A stretch of 64,000 nt of DNA from Eledone cirrhosa (Eukaryota): contig OZ024757.1 in assembly GCA_964016885.1 (NCBI GenBank), positions 40,362,001 to 40,426,000 of the forward strand. Reading direction: 5' to 3'. Shown piece by piece: positions 61,581 through 64,000 of this stretch (position 1 is the first letter of the stretch; the number at the start of each line of letters is the position of its first letter). The translations under genes were made by a program, and so were the position numbers. Below the pieces are notes generated by a model. It saw only the letters and a list, made by a program, of their open reading frames with translations. It searched no databases and was not told the DNA's origin.

Positions 61581-61775
61581 ATGCAACGACTACTTTAGCA
61601 ATGCCTTACCAATTCTTAATGTCACAAGGGTGGCAAATTAACAGAATTAACAGTTACAACGTTGGATGGAAAGCTTGGTGGTGTTTGTTTCGGTTCGCTG
61701 ATCTCTGAGTTCAAATTTCGCCGAGATCAAGTTTGCCTTACATTCATTCAAGGTCGATAAAAATGTACCTCCATT

Positions 61776-61827
<52 letters not shown>

Positions 61828-62344
61828 CTCTATCCTTCACTGGAAGAAATCTGCTGTATTCAGACTTGGAGAGGAGACGGGGTCAGCCAGATTTTAAAAT
61901 GGCCTCAAAATGCCATATATCAATACGGTGTCCCTACGGCACCCTTAGAAGCTACAGGATCATACATACATACACTATGCCACAATACAATATGTCACAA
62001 TACAGTAATATCCTACAATTATGTTAGCAATGCCTTAGTTCTTCATATTTTACAATATAACATCGTTCAACATAGCTACAACTGCATTAGTAAAGTTTTA
62101 ACAAGTCTAAATAAATCTCCTTGCTCGGGTTTGGGACTCAGAAGAGAAACTTTCTATGTGAAAATCCTATGCTTATTCCTGACCGAAGGTGGTCTTTGCC
62201 CTTTTAACATATTTTGGAGACGATAGATGAAAACCAAACAAGTTCTAGAGTTTAATTTTCATTTAATCAAACACACAAGCACATACGTGAGGGCGCATGG
62301 CTTAGTGGTTAGAGCATTGGGCTTGCAATCGAAAGGTTGTAAGT

Positions 62345-62555
62345 TAAAACCAAAAAACAAAAACAATAACGAAGAGTGCAGTACAAAGTGTTAGTATTAG
62401 GTTCACGCTTAAGATTAGGGGGTGGGGCGTTTCGAGCATAAGCCCTTCATCAGGAGAAAAGTGGGGAGGAAAAGAGTTCCGAGGGTGTGAGAGGCAGTGA
62501 TGGAAAGACATTAAAAGGGGTGGAAATTTAAGAAGGAAACAAAATTAATTATTAT
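62345..62555 (-). mobile_element. Family B Penelope-like remnant with a degenerate hammerhead (62425-62456)
   Basis: Minus strand: CTGATGAa-gggc ttat gctc-GAAAcgcc...aagcgtgaacctaat; cleavage triplet lost. Confidence 0.65.
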
Positions 62556-62657
62556 ATATATATGTGTGTGGGTGGATGTCTAAGTGTACACGTACGACAT
62601 GCTTATACAATTTCCATCTACCATATTTCACTAAACAAGACATAACATAACTGTTAA

Positions 62658-62732
<75 letters not shown>

Positions 62733-63045
62733 CTGATTAATCAAAAGAGAGGAGAAGGGTGTAAGTTACCCTTAAATCAAATAGCTTGGCTGGGCACATG
62801 CCCAAAATATGGACTCTACTGAACGTGACCAAGGGCTAGTTGGTGTTGTATTTTAAACAAACCAAATGGACTAGGTCTATCTACATAAAGTTCGTTGCTA
62901 ACGCGACACCACACCACAATTTTATTTCTATTGAAAAAGGGGCCTTAAAGACGAAATAACATGATAAATATATATATATATTCCTATTCCCATATATATA
63001 TATCATGATATTAATAAATGGAAACCATCTTTATAAAACCATATT

Positions 63046-63106
63046 TATTTTATTATATATATTTCAAGGGTACCAACATTTTGGTACGCACTCATCAGAT
63101 AACATA
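63046..63106 (-). ncRNA. Type I hammerhead ribozyme motif (family A)
   Basis: Minus strand: tatgttat-CTGATGA-gtgc gtaccaa aatg ttggtac cctt-GAAA-tatata-TA-ataaaata. Confidence 0.82.
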
Positions 63107-63587
63107 CAAACATTGTTTTACAGATAGTGACATATTCAAAACTAGAACTTAACGTTTTGAGTTCTTATATATATAAATGAATAATTTGGTGTTCGTTAAA
63201 CAATAATGTATACAATGGATGTTTACAATTTGAGTGAGATAATTCTCACTACTAATGCAGGGAGAGAGGGGGATAGAGAGAGAGAGTGCGGGAGAGAGAG
63301 ACAGAGTGAGAGGGAGAGAGGGAGAGAGAGAGAGAGATTGGTAGTTCAGCTAATTATTCGGTTCTTCAGAAAGTAAAGTGTATGTACTGTAAATAGATAG
63401 TGCCCGAAGGCTGAGCTCACGGTTCATCGACAAGGATACGGTGTGAGCTCAACCGTAGGGCAATTACTATTTACAATATATATATATATATATATAGAAA
63501 TATATATATATATATATATATATATTCCCAAGGCTCTGATACCATCAACACTATAAACACAGAGCTGGCATATCTAAGAACTGACTA

Positions 63588-63643
63588 ACTGCCTGATGAG
63601 GTCATAGCCATTCAATGGCTATCATCGAAATATATATAGCAGT
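63588..63643 (+). ncRNA. Type I hammerhead ribozyme in a ~165-bp insert between (TA)n runs
   Basis: actgc-CTGATGA-ggtc atagccatt c aatggctat catc-GAAA-tatata-TA-gcagt. Confidence 0.87.
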
Positions 63644-63688
63644 AAATAAAGGATTATGAGTTCATGCAATTGACTTATGTTTCGTCAC

Positions 63689-63734
<46 letters not shown>

Positions 63735-63739
<5 letters not shown>

Positions 63740-63860
63740 GCATTCAACAATAAAAGTAAACAGATAAACAATCCAATGATGATATTTATCAGTTTAACGC
63801 GTGAAATAGTAGGCAAAGTGTATGACGTTTCGGACAGTAGTCCTTCATCGACCACATATA
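63735..63860 (-). mobile_element. Family B remnant with a degenerate hammerhead
   Basis: Minus strand: tcgatgaa-ggac tact gtcc-GAAAcgTC-atac...cacgcgttaaactgat. Confidence 0.6.
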
Positions 63861-64000
63861 TATATATCAATGCCATATACATATGCGAGTGTATATAGTT
63901 GATATGTGACAATCATATATAAATATATTCTCGCGGTTGGTGTCACTGTCCCATATGTAATTCATAAGTACATTTTATAAGGTACTGTAAATAACAGACT

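Overview
AT-rich, microsatellite-saturated non-coding animal DNA. I found no host protein-coding exon, and almost all listed ORFs are translations of (TA)n, (CA)n, (GA)n or (CAC)n repeats. The SINE families resemble those I recall from octopod cephalopod genomes (inference). The window holds many tRNA-derived SINE copies, several RTE-clade LINE fragments (one with an open 208-aa 3' ORF), an R4/Dong-like 3' end embedded in (TAA)n, a few MITEs and minisatellites. The most notable signal is a set of short non-coding inserts, mostly sitting in or beside (TA)n tracts, that carry type I hammerhead ribozyme motifs. Read by eye, I count 7 intact-looking motifs, several degenerate ones and at least 5 sequence families. 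Several are in fold-back (palindromic) form, including a 310-nt terminally redundant, highly structured unit with a 363-bp inverted copy. This looks like a family of non-autonomous Penelope-like or retrozyme elements. All folding and alignment were done by eye, and repeat boundaries are approximate.
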